NCBI GenBank assembly: GCA_051382335.1
Contig: JBBCAX010000150.1
Coordinates: forward strand, 30,727-94,726
Origin: Deltaproteobacteria bacterium TL4
Lineage (GTDB): Bacteria > SAR324 > NAC60-12
Direction of reading: 5' to 3'
Length of the DNA: 64,000 bases
Part shown: positions 39,869 through 50,073 of the stretch, one piece after another
Position numbering within the stretch: position 1 is the stretch's first letter
Layout of the letters: each line of letters opens with the position of its first letter
Made by a program: the position numbers and the translations under genes
Notes under the pieces: model-generated
What the model saw: the letters and a program-made list of their open reading frames with translations, nothing else
What the model was told of the DNA's origin: nothing
The model's database searches: none

Positions 39869-41203
39869 ATGAAGTTTTTAAAACGTCTTACTATGGTAAC
39901 CGCGGTGTCAGCGTTGATGGCACAACCCCTGTTTGCCGGCTCTCTGGGGGAGGATTCCACTGAACGGGACATGACTCGTTTCGATCCAAAAGAAGCGGTA
40001 ATCCAAGAACTCAAGGAAAAATTTGTAGGTTCTGTCACCATGAAAATGGATTATGAAAACGACAAAATTGAAAAAGAGTCCCAATCATCGCTCAACGGGT
40101 TGAACAAAAAAGAAATCACCAATACCGAACTGCCAAATCTGCATGGATACCTGACCCTTGTTGTACGAGGCAAGGATACCATCATGAATGATTATATTGT
40201 TGCTGGCTTGGCCAAAATCCGTATGCATACCTCCGGAGAGGCGGAAATTCGTGAAGCACGAGCCATCATTGTCAGTCCCCGGAAAAACTGGGATCTGAGC
40301 ATCGGAAAACTCGATTCCCATGATACGCCGTACTATGTGGGTCAGGATACCTTGATCGTGGTGGCGCCAGAGGCTCCAACGCCCTATACCGGAGATGACA
40401 TGCTGACCAATGGTTTTACCTGGAATATGAGAACCGAATTTGCGGGTGATTATCAGGTGTCTGTTCCTCTTGCCAACGATGGCAAGTATCAGTATCGAGG
40501 CGTTCGCCCCGGTATGCAGTATAACTTCGCTAAGGTTCTGCAAGCGACCGTCGGTTTTGAGTATCAGGAACGACGAACCGTCTACACGATGGAAATTGAG
40601 GAAGACTCCAACGAAAGCACCCAAGTCTCACCTGCTTCTTCAGTAAATCCTCAAACGGATTATACCCAATACTCTGTTTTACCCACCGTTGAGCCTAAAG
40701 AAGATTTAAACGGGATTAGCTTAGGATTGCTCTATACCTTCAGTTCAGGGGAAATCGGCTTGAGCTATGGAGGAAAAACTGTCAAATCACAGGCCGGAGC
40801 GATGAAAGATGGCGGACCTTTGTTTGCGGCGAATGGTGATCGTGTTGTTCAGCAAACAACGACTGAAAACGCCACTATCGGCTTGGCTCTGAAAGTCAAA
40901 GTTGGTCCTGGTACCTTTGGTTTTGGAGTGCATTCCGTTTCAGAAAAATCCACGGTGGATACCGGAAACTGGCACATTGCGACAGGAAAGGAATTGAAAA
41001 CAGAGACCGAAGGTACTCATCGGATCACCTATCTGTCCTATAAAGTATTCTTGTCTAAAGTGAATCTGATTGAACTTGGAGTCGCCTCCGCAAGCGGAAT
41101 CTCCCAAATTGATGAAGAAAACTTCAATGACAATAACTACGTTTATGATACTACGTCTGGTGCTGCTGGCGGATGTCTGAAATACGTCTATAAATTCCTC
41201 TAA
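39869..41203 (+). CDS. Putative outer-membrane porin-like beta-barrel
   Basis: Signal peptide (LFA-G); many alternating-hydrophobic strands; ends LKYVYKFL; GAGG RBS. Confidence 0.65.
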   Translation: MKFLKRLTMVTAVSALMAQPLFAGSLGEDSTERDMTRFDPKEAVIQELKEKFVGSVTMKMDYENDKIEKESQSSLNGLNKKEITNTELPNLHGYLTLVVRGKDTIMNDYIVAGLAKIRMHTSGEAEIREARAIIVSPRKNWDLSIGKLDSHDTPYYVGQDTLIVVAPEAPTPYTGDDMLTNGFTWNMRTEFAGDYQVSVPLANDGKYQYRGVRPGMQYNFAKVLQATVGFEYQERRTVYTMEIEEDSNESTQVSPASSVNPQTDYTQYSVLPTVEPKEDLNGISLGLLYTFSSGEIGLSYGGKTVKSQAGAMKDGGPLFAANGDRVVQQTTTENATIGLALKVKVGPGTFGFGVHSVSEKSTVDTGNWHIATGKELKTETEGTHRITYLSYKVFLSKVNLIELGVASASGISQIDEENFNDNNYVYDTTSGAAGGCLKYVYKFL

Positions 41204-41296
41204 CCTAAATATTTTTCTCACCAACGATGATTGAAGGCTGCCCCGTCTAAGTTGATATTTTCATGCGGGTGTCGTGATGTTCTTCGTGCGACAAAT

Positions 41297-41346
41297 AGGG
41301 GGATGAAGGTTTGCTCTGAAAAGAAAAAAGGCCTTCATTCCCTTTA
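41297..41346 (+). terminator. Stem-loop downstream of the porin-like gene, possible terminator
   Basis: AGGGGGATGAAGGTTT pairs with AGGCCTTCATTCCCTT; long loop and weak U tract. Confidence 0.35.
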
Positions 41347-41480
41347 CTTCAACCCGGTTTTCCGGTAAGTCTTTAACTTCCGAATATAGGCTTGTAGTGT
41401 TTTGATAGCTGTTTTAGACTCTAGGAGTTCTCCTTAGTTTTGGGTTACAGTTATTCAATGCGCTTTCCGAGTGAACTTCA

Positions 41481-44411
41481 ATGCAACAAATAAAAAGTCG
41501 CTATCTGATCGGTATAGATTTGGGAACGAGCAATTGCTCTGTTTTCTACTCAGATCAAGAAGATCTGACAAGACGGCTGCATCATTTTTTTATTTCTCAA
41601 TGGATCTCCGAAGAGCAAATACATGACCGCCCGCTATTGCCTTCCGTTTTATACATGCCAACCGCCCATGAAACCCAAGGTGAGCGTGGGAGCGCTCCCT
41701 GGAATGAGCAATCGGTTGTGGTCGTTGGAGAATGGGCCAAGCAACAACTGACAAAACATCCTGAGCGCTCCATTCATTCCGCGAAATCCTGGCTTTGCTA
41801 TCACGGAATTGATCCCCACTTAAAATTTTTACCTCAATCGGAGGCCGACCTTCCCCGCTGGTCTCCAGTCGAAGTCACCACCGCGTTATTAAATCATATC
41901 AAAGAGACTTGGAATTTTCGCTTTGCCAAGGAAAACCCTGCTTTGAAAATGGAAGCTCAAAGCCTTGTGGTCACGGTTCCCGCCTCTTTTGATGAAGTTG
42001 CCCTGGAATTAACGGATTATGCGATTAAGCAGGCCGGATTTCAAAAATACAGTTTACTGGAAGAACCTCAAGCCGCGTTTTATTCCTGGCTCGTTGACCA
42101 TTATCAAGAAGAGCCCTTCAAGGAACAAAACGAAAAACATTTAACCCTTGTCATTGACATCGGCGGCGGGACCTCAGATTTCAGTTTAATGCGGACATTT
42201 TTTAAAGCAGAGCAGCCAACACCCACTTTTGAACGCGTTGCCGTGAGTGATCATCTCCTTTTGGGGGGCGATAATATGGATTTGGCGATTGCCGCCCATT
42301 TAGAAGCACAGTTTTCAAAAGGTCAAAAGCGTTTAGTGCTCCAATTATGGGATGCCTTAGTTCAGCAGTGCCGACGTGGAAAAGAACAACTTTTTAGCGG
42401 AGATCACCGGGAGGTTATCATCACCATCGCCCGTGCTGGAAGCTCACTGTTAGGAAACACACAAAGCACCAAACTTTCCGTTGAAACGCTAAGTTCATTG
42501 CTGATAGAAGGCTTTTTGCCTAAAATTCCCTGGAATGCGCCTCCGCCCTCTCATAGCACGCAAGGGTTACGGCAAATAGGCTTGCCTTATGCGCAAGAGC
42601 CTGCGATCACACGTCACATTGGCGCGTTTTTAAAAAATTATTTAAAAATAAACCCACAAGCCTTTTTCCCGGATCAACTTCTTTTCAATGGGGGGGTGTT
42701 ATTAGCGGAGCCAATCAGGACGAGATTACTGGAACAATTGGAAGAATGGCGTCATGAGGCGATGGCGCAGGGGCTCAAGGCCAAAGAGCAACCGATGGTG
42801 GTCTTAGCCTCGTTGGATCTTCATCTGGCGGTAGCCCGGGGCGCGGCCTATTATCAGTTGGCTCGTCAAGGTTCGGGGTGGTTGATTGAAGGAGGGAGTG
42901 CACGCTCTTATTATATCAACCTCCACCTGGAAACACAGGGAACCGACTCCGGCAAAGAAGCCTGGTTGTGTGTCTTGCCCCAACACGCGACACCCCAAAC
43001 ATTAATCCCCGTTTCAACTATTACTTTTCTGTTACGGATCAATCAACCCATTCAGTTTCGAATGATCTCTTCCATTCATCGCCCCGAAGATCAACCCGGC
43101 ACCCTATTTGAGTTTTCCTCACAGAAACTCAAGGATCAGTTCATCCAGCTGCCGCCCATTCAAACCCTCATCACTCCTGACAGAGCGTTGATTCGTAAAA
43201 AAACCAAAGAAATCGAGATTCATCTGAGAGCGCAACTGAATGAGATAGGCACACTCAATCTTTACTGCGTGGATCCTGATCATCAGTTAGAATGGAAATT
43301 GGAGTTTCGTATTCGTGAGGAAACGGATCAACCGTCCTTATCTCTTCAACAAACCATGCCTGGGGCGCAGGAACTTTTCCCCGGACTGGAGCAAGCGTCG
43401 GAGTTGCTGAAACAATGGCTTCGTAAAGGGAAATCGGGGCAACCTCAACAATCGACAGAGGTTTCTGTCACCTATCGAGCCTTGGAAAATTGTTTGAATC
43501 TCCCGCGTAAAGAATGGTCGCCTCTTGTTTTACGTCAACTGTGGGAGGCCTTACACGAAGGCCTGACCCGCAGAAACCGTTCCGTCCAACATGAGTTGAA
43601 TTGGTATAAATTTGCCGGATTTTTTTTACGTCCTGGCTTGGGCGTTCCTGGCGATGAGTTGAGGATGCAACAACTGTCGGAAGTTTTCACCTCAGGAATT
43701 CATTTTCGCAATGAAAAATCGGTTGAAATTGAATGGTGGGTCATGTGCCGTCGTGTTGCCGCAGGGATCACTCCTCAACATCAGGAATTATTGTTGAAGC
43801 TTATTTTGAACAAGTTGAATGAAATCAAAACGCAGAACAAGCGCAAAACAACTGGCGTTCCAAAAACCAAAAAAGGCTCGAAAGCCCTGTTTTCTCCGTC
43901 TGCGTTAAACGAGTTGTGGCGTCTTGCCGCAAGCTTGGAACATATTTCAGCCAATCATAAGGAAGTTTTAGGGAATGAGTTGCTTCAACAAGCGAAGACG
44001 GAGGCGCTGACAGGCATTGAGGGGTGGTGTTTGGCCCGTTTAGGCGCACGAATTCCTGTTTACGGAAATACTTTGAACGTTGTCTCGCCTAAAGGGGTTG
44101 AACCGTGGGTGGAATGGTTGATCAAAAATGAAAAGGCTTTGCCCTTTAAAGCGGATTTACCTTTAATTTTAACACGGATGACTCAAATGACGGGGAACCG
44201 AAGCAAGGATGTCCATCTGGCCTTGCGTCATCAGGTATTAACGTTCCTGAAGACTCAACCGGAAACAACCGCCTTAATCCAATTATTGGAAGAGCCTCAG
44301 TCCGATCAGGGGGCCTATTCGGCCGAATCCAATGAATGGTTTCTGGGCGATTCTTTGCCCGCCGGACTGAAACTTTTGTCAAAAGACGGACTCAACAGCA
44401 TTATCGATTAA
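41481..44411 (+). CDS. Hsp70/DnaK-like ATPase with a DUF3731-like C-terminal region
   Basis: IGIDLGTSN, TVPASFD, LLEEPQAA, DIGGGTSD, LLLGGDNMD, AVARGAA; C-terminal GFFLRPG.G..GD..R and GDSLPAGL. Confidence 0.88.
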   Translation: MQQIKSRYLIGIDLGTSNCSVFYSDQEDLTRRLHHFFISQWISEEQIHDRPLLPSVLYMPTAHETQGERGSAPWNEQSVVVVGEWAKQQLTKHPERSIHSAKSWLCYHGIDPHLKFLPQSEADLPRWSPVEVTTALLNHIKETWNFRFAKENPALKMEAQSLVVTVPASFDEVALELTDYAIKQAGFQKYSLLEEPQAAFYSWLVDHYQEEPFKEQNEKHLTLVIDIGGGTSDFSLMRTFFKAEQPTPTFERVAVSDHLLLGGDNMDLAIAAHLEAQFSKGQKRLVLQLWDALVQQCRRGKEQLFSGDHREVIITIARAGSSLLGNTQSTKLSVETLSSLLIEGFLPKIPWNAPPPSHSTQGLRQIGLPYAQEPAITRHIGAFLKNYLKINPQAFFPDQLLFNGGVLLAEPIRTRLLEQLEEWRHEAMAQGLKAKEQPMVVLASLDLHLAVARGAAYYQLARQGSGWLIEGGSARSYYINLHLETQGTDSGKEAWLCVLPQHATPQTLIPVSTITFLLRINQPIQFRMISSIHRPEDQPGTLFEFSSQKLKDQFIQLPPIQTLITPDRALIRKKTKEIEIHLRAQLNEIGTLNLYCVDPDHQLEWKLEFRIREETDQPSLSLQQTMPGAQELFPGLEQASELLKQWLRKGKSGQPQQSTEVSVTYRALENCLNLPRKEWSPLVLRQLWEALHEGLTRRNRSVQHELNWYKFAGFFLRPGLGVPGDELRMQQLSEVFTSGIHFRNEKSVEIEWWVMCRRVAAGITPQHQELLLKLILNKLNEIKTQNKRKTTGVPKTKKGSKALFSPSALNELWRLAASLEHISANHKEVLGNELLQQAKTEALTGIEGWCLARLGARIPVYGNTLNVVSPKGVEPWVEWLIKNEKALPFKADLPLILTRMTQMTGNRSKDVHLALRHQVLTFLKTQPETTALIQLLEEPQSDQGAYSAESNEWFLGDSLPAGLKLLSKDGLNSIID

Positions 44412-44439
44412 ACCCCAACCTTTGCGCCAAGGAGCAGTC

Positions 44440-44832
44440 ATGAAAAAACACACTGAGTTTATGGATCCCATAACCGATCCTGTTTTATACAACATCGACC
44501 CCGAAGTTCATGACACACTCAGTACAGAACAACTCTTGGCTTTTAGAAATGCTATTCGCGCTGTCATCTGGAGGAAAAAGCACTTAATGGACTTCAGAGG
44601 AATTCTTCCGCTTTATTTTATCAAATTCTATTACTCCTTTTTTATGGGGCTGGATCATCGCCGTAACTCTTATTATTTTAAAAAAGACAGGCGTTTTTCG
44701 GTTTCGAAATTAAAAAGTGTGTTGTTCTTGCTGTTCGTCAGCCTCAGCATTTTATCGCTGGTCGGCTTTGTGGTTTATCTCATGATTTATGTCGCTCCGG
44801 AAAGTACCCTTCAAAACTATCCAACGCCTTAA
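44440..44832 (+). CDS. Small membrane protein of unknown function
   Basis: AAGGAG RBS; EQLLAF...H.MDFRG....FYY.F.G...R pattern; C-terminal TM. Confidence 0.7.
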   Translation: MKKHTEFMDPITDPVLYNIDPEVHDTLSTEQLLAFRNAIRAVIWRKKHLMDFRGILPLYFIKFYYSFFMGLDHRRNSYYFKKDRRFSVSKLKSVLFLLFVSLSILSLVGFVVYLMIYVAPESTLQNYPTP

Positions 44833-46847
44833 CGTCGCTGTATTTTGGGGAAAGGTTTGGTGATCTGACAGGCGACAAAGGTCACATCATCCTTAAATGG
44901 ATTTTGCTGATAAAAATCAGAGACGGTACTGACGAGTTTTTCGCTGAGTTCTCCAACAGAGAGTTGGTGATTTTCCCTCAAAAACCGCACGAGTCTTCGC
45001 TCTCCCCACATTTCACCGACAGGGTTGTCATTTTCAATGAGTCCATCGGTATAAAAGAATAGCTTGTCTCCAAATTCCAACTGTAAATGTTTTTCAGTAA
45101 AGATACTTTGGCAATCAAAGCCCAGGCGCTGGTTTTTATTCAAGATCGGGATGATTTGGCCATCAGCGCAGAGGAGGAAGGGAAAATTATGGCCCGCGTT
45201 GGAAAAGGTCAAAGCCCCATTCGTCAGGTCAATTTGGGCAATAAAAAAAGTCATCAGAAAATTAGGAAACCCCGTCGCATTGACAGCGGCATTGAGGTAA
45301 TCCATAAATTCTGTGGGAGAAGGATAATACTCACTGTTGCGATAGACTTTATCCAAGGTCCGACACGTTGCGCTGGCTGCCGCGGTAACCAGTGCGGCTG
45401 GGGTCCCATGCCCTGTGACATCGCCGATAAACACATACAATTTTTTTTCATTTTGATGGATGAAGCCATACCAATCGCCTCCAGATTCACTGGCGGCTTT
45501 AAAATAGGTACTAAACTCAATGTTATGGATATCAGGCAATTTTTTAGGAAAAAGTGCCTGTTGCACAGCGGCTGTGGTCAGCAATTCATTTTCCATACGG
45601 GTAAAATCCCTGATCGCCTCAATGTTTTTTTGTGCGATTTCTATTTCGTTAATCATGCTTTTGATGTACTCGATATCCGTACTGTCAAAAAAATGGCCCT
45701 TGGCGTGACGATAGAGGAGGATTAAATAATGAGGAAAATCCAGGAAATGGATGAGCACAAAATGCCAATCGGTGACATTGATTTTCATTTCGTTGAGATA
45801 AAATTGCTGAAGCACCGCTTCGGATTCCACATTGTTGAACACCACCACCTCTTCAACGGGATCTGAAAAAATTTCGCTTAATAACTTGAGCGAGGGCGCC
45901 TTGGTCAATAGCGGAGTCTTGTCATTAAACATTTCCGAAAGCGTGTGAGCCGAATCCTCTATGCCAGAAAAAAAGACGGCATTGTCCACAGAAATATGAG
46001 TACAGAGTTCCTCAAACGCGGCTCTTAACGTTACCATGTTTTCCTTAAAATCACCCAATCTATTGGAGAAAAGCCTTAAGGAGGTTGAGCGTTCTTTAGA
46101 TAATTGTAACTTGTCAACCATTGCGATAAAGGTTTGTTCCAGGACTTTAAATTCATTCATCCCTTTGGTTTGTACATCTAGTTTGAAGTCTTCCAATTTA
46201 TCCAAATCCAGGTGTCCTGTGACCGAAGTCAAAATGGAAAGTGGTCGTGACAATAAGCGTCGCGCGACAACCAAAAAAATGATCCATAACGAAAGGGTTT
46301 TGATGAAGGAGTTGATAATAATAAAAACAAAACCGTATTTAACCTTTTCAAAAACAACGTCCGCACTGGTATAAAAGGTTCCCTTCCCAACATATTTTTC
46401 AATGTCATTTCTACGTAAAATAATTCTGAAAGAATGCGAGTAAATCTCTGAAAAAAGACCCTGACTTTTGAGGGCCGTTCGTTTTCCCTCAGGGGAGACG
46501 TTTACATAGTTTCCGTCATCACTCTGAACAATTCCCATTGAGCCAAATTCTTCGCCATAATCATTATCAATTCGAGCGCCAAGGATGATGGGGACATTGA
46601 GCATTCCGAGCAAAGTTTCATGACCTAATTCTTCGTCAACATCCCACAAGATTCCTCCCAGCGCATGTTCAAAGGTGCCTTGGAAAATTTTTAAGTCATT
46701 AATAATATTTTCCTTTGTGTTATTATACTCTGCAACCATGTGGGCAAGGGTCAAACTCAGAGCCACAATAAAATAAGAGCCAAAGACGATTTTAAGCAAA
46801 CGAGTGGTGATTGAATTTTTTATGGGAACAGAGGGGTTTCTGGGCAT
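44829..46847 (-). CDS. Membrane sensor PP2C/SpoIIE phosphatase (two TMs, HAMP, GAF-like region, SpoIIE)
   Basis: SGGDWY, IGDVTGHG, SNAGH, YTDGLIE, DDVT; ATG at 46847 with AAGGA RBS. Confidence 0.92.
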   Translation of the reverse strand: MPRNPSVPIKNSITTRLLKIVFGSYFIVALSLTLAHMVAEYNNTKENIINDLKIFQGTFEHALGGILWDVDEELGHETLLGMLNVPIILGARIDNDYGEEFGSMGIVQSDDGNYVNVSPEGKRTALKSQGLFSEIYSHSFRIILRRNDIEKYVGKGTFYTSADVVFEKVKYGFVFIIINSFIKTLSLWIIFLVVARRLLSRPLSILTSVTGHLDLDKLEDFKLDVQTKGMNEFKVLEQTFIAMVDKLQLSKERSTSLRLFSNRLGDFKENMVTLRAAFEELCTHISVDNAVFFSGIEDSAHTLSEMFNDKTPLLTKAPSLKLLSEIFSDPVEEVVVFNNVESEAVLQQFYLNEMKINVTDWHFVLIHFLDFPHYLILLYRHAKGHFFDSTDIEYIKSMINEIEIAQKNIEAIRDFTRMENELLTTAAVQQALFPKKLPDIHNIEFSTYFKAASESGGDWYGFIHQNEKKLYVFIGDVTGHGTPAALVTAAASATCRTLDKVYRNSEYYPSPTEFMDYLNAAVNATGFPNFLMTFFIAQIDLTNGALTFSNAGHNFPFLLCADGQIIPILNKNQRLGFDCQSIFTEKHLQLEFGDKLFFYTDGLIENDNPVGEMWGERRLVRFLRENHQLSVGELSEKLVSTVSDFYQQNPFKDDVTFVACQITKPFPKIQRR

Positions 46848-46866
46848 ATCTTCCTTTATTGGGGAC

Positions 46867-48210
46867 TCATGATAACAATGCGTTGGACGCCATAACACTC
46901 ACACGATTCTCCTGAGCGGCGTCCTGTGGAATAAACACCGATTCTTTGGTAACCGCTAAAGGACGGACCAAAATTTCCACGGTATTGGCACCTAGCAACA
47001 GTTCCTCTGTTCCCAGATCATCAACAACTTTTTTACCTGTCGATTTGACCAATCCCAAGACAATTTTGATTCCGAAATTCACAAGTTTTTTGCCAAAATC
47101 CCCCACATTCAGCATCTCCATCGGATGGCGGATATAAAAGTTGATAGGAATATCTGCCAACTCTAACACCAGTCGAATCACTCTTTCGCTGTAGACGCCT
47201 TGTTGAGGAGACTGTTTGACTTCGTCAACCAGGTCAAATATTTTTTGCGCGTCATTTCTTGAAAGGGGACACACCGCCATATATTGGGCATCAATGGGGA
47301 CCGGCAACGTTTGAGTAAAATCCATATCTACGGGCCGAAGCATACTTTCTCCCCACTCAACCAAAGGAATCAAGCGGTCATTGGGCAAATCCCTGATGAG
47401 TTTTTTGCCTGTCCGTCTGGAGATCCCTAACGCGGTATCTACGGCTTTGACCAGTAATTTCCGCACAAAGCCTTTGAGATGAATAAGGTCCATGATATCC
47501 CCAAGAATTTTTGCAAGGGAACTATCCACAACATTCATCAATTCATCAATCATCAAATCGATATGAGGACCTGTTACCGGATTTTCTCTGATTTTTGCCA
47601 TCGCTTTAAATATTTCTGCTGATATTTCTTTAGGGATAGGTGAAATTAAAAAGTCAACGGTAACCACATCAATCAGCGGCGTTTCTTTGACAGGAGCTTG
47701 ATTGTAGAGGCCATGAACTTTTAGATTTTCCAAACGCTCGCGGACGATATTTTTGACCAAACCATTGCTCATCGAGTTTTCTAAACGATCCAGTGCAATG
47801 TTGATCAATCCATTTCGAGCGACATGCGTGATTTTGATATGATCGGTAATGGCTCCCGTGATCACATCCATGATTTCCATGTTTTCTGTAACCACCATAC
47901 GCTGACTGGATGAGGAGGGAGGAGAAACCACAGAACCTCCGGAAATACCAGCAGGAGGAGCTGGCCTGGAGGGAGTCTGAGGAACCGAGGACTGCTGAGG
48001 GGTGATCTTGGGTGGGAGTGCGGTTTCCTTGGGCTTTTTCTTTGCTTTTCGCTCGTGCATGAATGAAGCAAAGAAGACTAAGCCAATAAGGGAACTGGTT
48101 GCGGTGACAAAGCCCGCCAGTAGGCCTTTTTCTTGCGCAACCCACCAGACCGCGTACCCTATTCCTGCGTAAATGAACATCCCAAATACCATTTTGAATA
48201 AAAACTTCAT
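46867..48210 (-). CDS. Membrane-anchored hypothetical protein with internal helical repeats
   Basis: Two N-terminal TMs, P/S-rich linker, repeated ~120-aa units containing LG....TGKK and ending RP; GGAG RBS. Confidence 0.8.
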   Translation of the reverse strand: MKFLFKMVFGMFIYAGIGYAVWWVAQEKGLLAGFVTATSSLIGLVFFASFMHERKAKKKPKETALPPKITPQQSSVPQTPSRPAPPAGISGGSVVSPPSSSSQRMVVTENMEIMDVITGAITDHIKITHVARNGLINIALDRLENSMSNGLVKNIVRERLENLKVHGLYNQAPVKETPLIDVVTVDFLISPIPKEISAEIFKAMAKIRENPVTGPHIDLMIDELMNVVDSSLAKILGDIMDLIHLKGFVRKLLVKAVDTALGISRRTGKKLIRDLPNDRLIPLVEWGESMLRPVDMDFTQTLPVPIDAQYMAVCPLSRNDAQKIFDLVDEVKQSPQQGVYSERVIRLVLELADIPINFYIRHPMEMLNVGDFGKKLVNFGIKIVLGLVKSTGKKVVDDLGTEELLLGANTVEILVRPLAVTKESVFIPQDAAQENRVSVMASNALLS

Positions 48211-48331
48211 GAGGATCTCCTCTTTTCATAGATTTGTGATTATTTGCATGATGGCACTCTCCTTTACTATATATTATGTTTAGATGATACAAATCAAGGG
48301 TTGGAAATAGAAAAAACAAAACCTGTCTCAC

Positions 48332-48488
48332 TAGCTTGGGATCTTTCATTTTCCAATTGACCGTTGATCTTTAACGCAAAGTCGCGAAGACGCAAAGATC
48401 GCAAAGAAATATTTTAAAACCCTTTGCGTCCCCTTGCGTCCTGGCGCCTTTGCGTTAAATGAAGAACTGGCATTTTTTGCCCAAGCTA
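48332..48488. repeat. TA-bounded MITE/REP-like palindrome built from CGCAAAG units
   Basis: TAGCTTGGG/CCCAAGCTA ends; inner hairpin 48370-48459 (TTTAACGCAAAG ... CTTTGCGTTAAA) with repeated CGCAAAG/CTTTGCG. Confidence 0.75.
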
Positions 48489-48788
48489 TTTTTTGATTTT
48501 GAAGGGGTAAGCTTAGTCCCCGGGACTAAAAAAACATGGGGCAAAAAAGGGAAAATACACTGGAAAGATAATTATTTTCTTCCAAAAGCAGTGTTCGCGT
48601 TTTTGTCTCCGTGAATCGTGCTCATCCCAGCAAAAATACAAAACTTGCACAATTTATGGTATTCCTTAATTCTGGTGTTATTGAGGTCCCTTTCTATGCT
48701 GTGTGGAATGCCAAAGTTTGCGTTGGCACTCCTGAAAAAAGTTGTTTACGAATCACGCAACCGATAATGATTTACCGACAGGAGGCCT

Positions 48789-49631
48789 GTGAAAACTTTC
48801 TTGGATAAGATGGCCGAGATCAAACAAAAGGAAATTCAACAACGTCAAAACCACGTAAGTGAAGCACAATTACGAGAAGAAATTGCCTATCTGCTTCCGC
48901 CCCCCTCTTTCTCTCGAGCACTCAATCGTCCACCGGGATCCCCTGTTTCCTTGATTGCGGAAGTTAAAGCCAAAGCTCCTGGAACGAGTAATGTGGACAT
49001 TTTAGATCCGCAATCAGTGGTTCAGGATTACGTTGAAGGCGGCGTGAAGGCGATCTCTGTTTTGACTGATGAAACTTATTTTGGAGGGTCCTTAGCAACA
49101 CTGAAAACGGTAAGTAGTCTTACGTCCCTTCCCCTGCTTCAGAAAGAATTCATCATCCATCCTTATCAACTGCGGGAGGGACGTGTTCGAGGCGCAAGTG
49201 CCGCATTAATTTTAGCCTATTATTTTAATGAATACGAATTGGAACAGATTTTGGAAGACACCCGGGAGATAGGTCTTGAGGCCGTTGTTGAGTGCTCTCT
49301 TGAAGCAGAATTGACTCCCGTATTAAAAATGAATCCAGATATTTTGATGATTAATAACCGCCCCATTGCCTCAATTCCAGCAGAACCTAAAACCTATCAA
49401 ACAGGCAGTATCCATGTGAGTTGTCAGTGGTGGGAAAAATATGAAAAATTACGAGAGTGGAAACAAGGCTTGAACAAATTACTGATCAGTGCCAGTTGTA
49501 TTCAAAGTCCTCAAGATGTTCAAACTATTGCCCCTTTACCTTTTGATGCCGTATTAGTTGGAAATGCCGCAATGACCGCAGCAAATCGCGCTCAATTTTT
49601 ACAAGCCTTAATTAAGGCCTCTACGAGATAG
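48789..49631 (+). CDS. trpC: Indole-3-glycerol-phosphate synthase-like protein (divergent)
   Basis: LIAEVK, AISVLTDETYFGGS, LLQKEFI..YQ, INNR, AVLVG; GTG start with GGAGG RBS. Confidence 0.82.
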   Translation: MKTFLDKMAEIKQKEIQQRQNHVSEAQLREEIAYLLPPPSFSRALNRPPGSPVSLIAEVKAKAPGTSNVDILDPQSVVQDYVEGGVKAISVLTDETYFGGSLATLKTVSSLTSLPLLQKEFIIHPYQLREGRVRGASAALILAYYFNEYELEQILEDTREIGLEAVVECSLEAELTPVLKMNPDILMINNRPIASIPAEPKTYQTGSIHVSCQWWEKYEKLREWKQGLNKLLISASCIQSPQDVQTIAPLPFDAVLVGNAAMTAANRAQFLQALIKASTR

Positions 49632-49638
49632 GAATTAT

Positions 49639-50064
49639 ATGACGATAAAAGCAGGTACCAGGTTAAACATTCTTGTGGTTGATGATGATGAGAACATTCG
49701 GATTGTACTGGATAAAGCCTTAAGCAAGCTGGGCCATCACGTGAGTACGTCTAAAAGCGCGGAACAGGCTCTGGCCGTTTTGCAACGCAGTTTCTTTCAT
49801 GTAGTGATTACGGATCTCCATATGGATGAAATGAACGGGATTGAATTATTAACGGAGATTAAAGAGTTGAATTCCATGATGCAGGTGTTCATCATTACCG
49901 CGCACAGCAATTTACCCAATGTGATTCAATGTATGAAGGGTGGAGCTTATGACTATTTTGAGAAACCGCTTGAAATTGATGAGGTCATTTCCTCAATCAA
50001 TGAAGCCTCCCGTCGCGCGTCACGATGGAGTAAGCTCTATGAAAAATATACGCTGGGCAAATAG
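49639..50064 (+). CDS. Single-domain response regulator
   Basis: ILVVDDD, VITDLHM, ITAH, YFEKP. Confidence 0.93.
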   Translation: MTIKAGTRLNILVVDDDENIRIVLDKALSKLGHHVSTSKSAEQALAVLQRSFFHVVITDLHMDEMNGIELLTEIKELNSMMQVFIITAHSNLPNVIQCMKGGAYDYFEKPLEIDEVISSINEASRRASRWSKLYEKYTLGK

Positions 50065-50073
50065 CTCCTTCGT

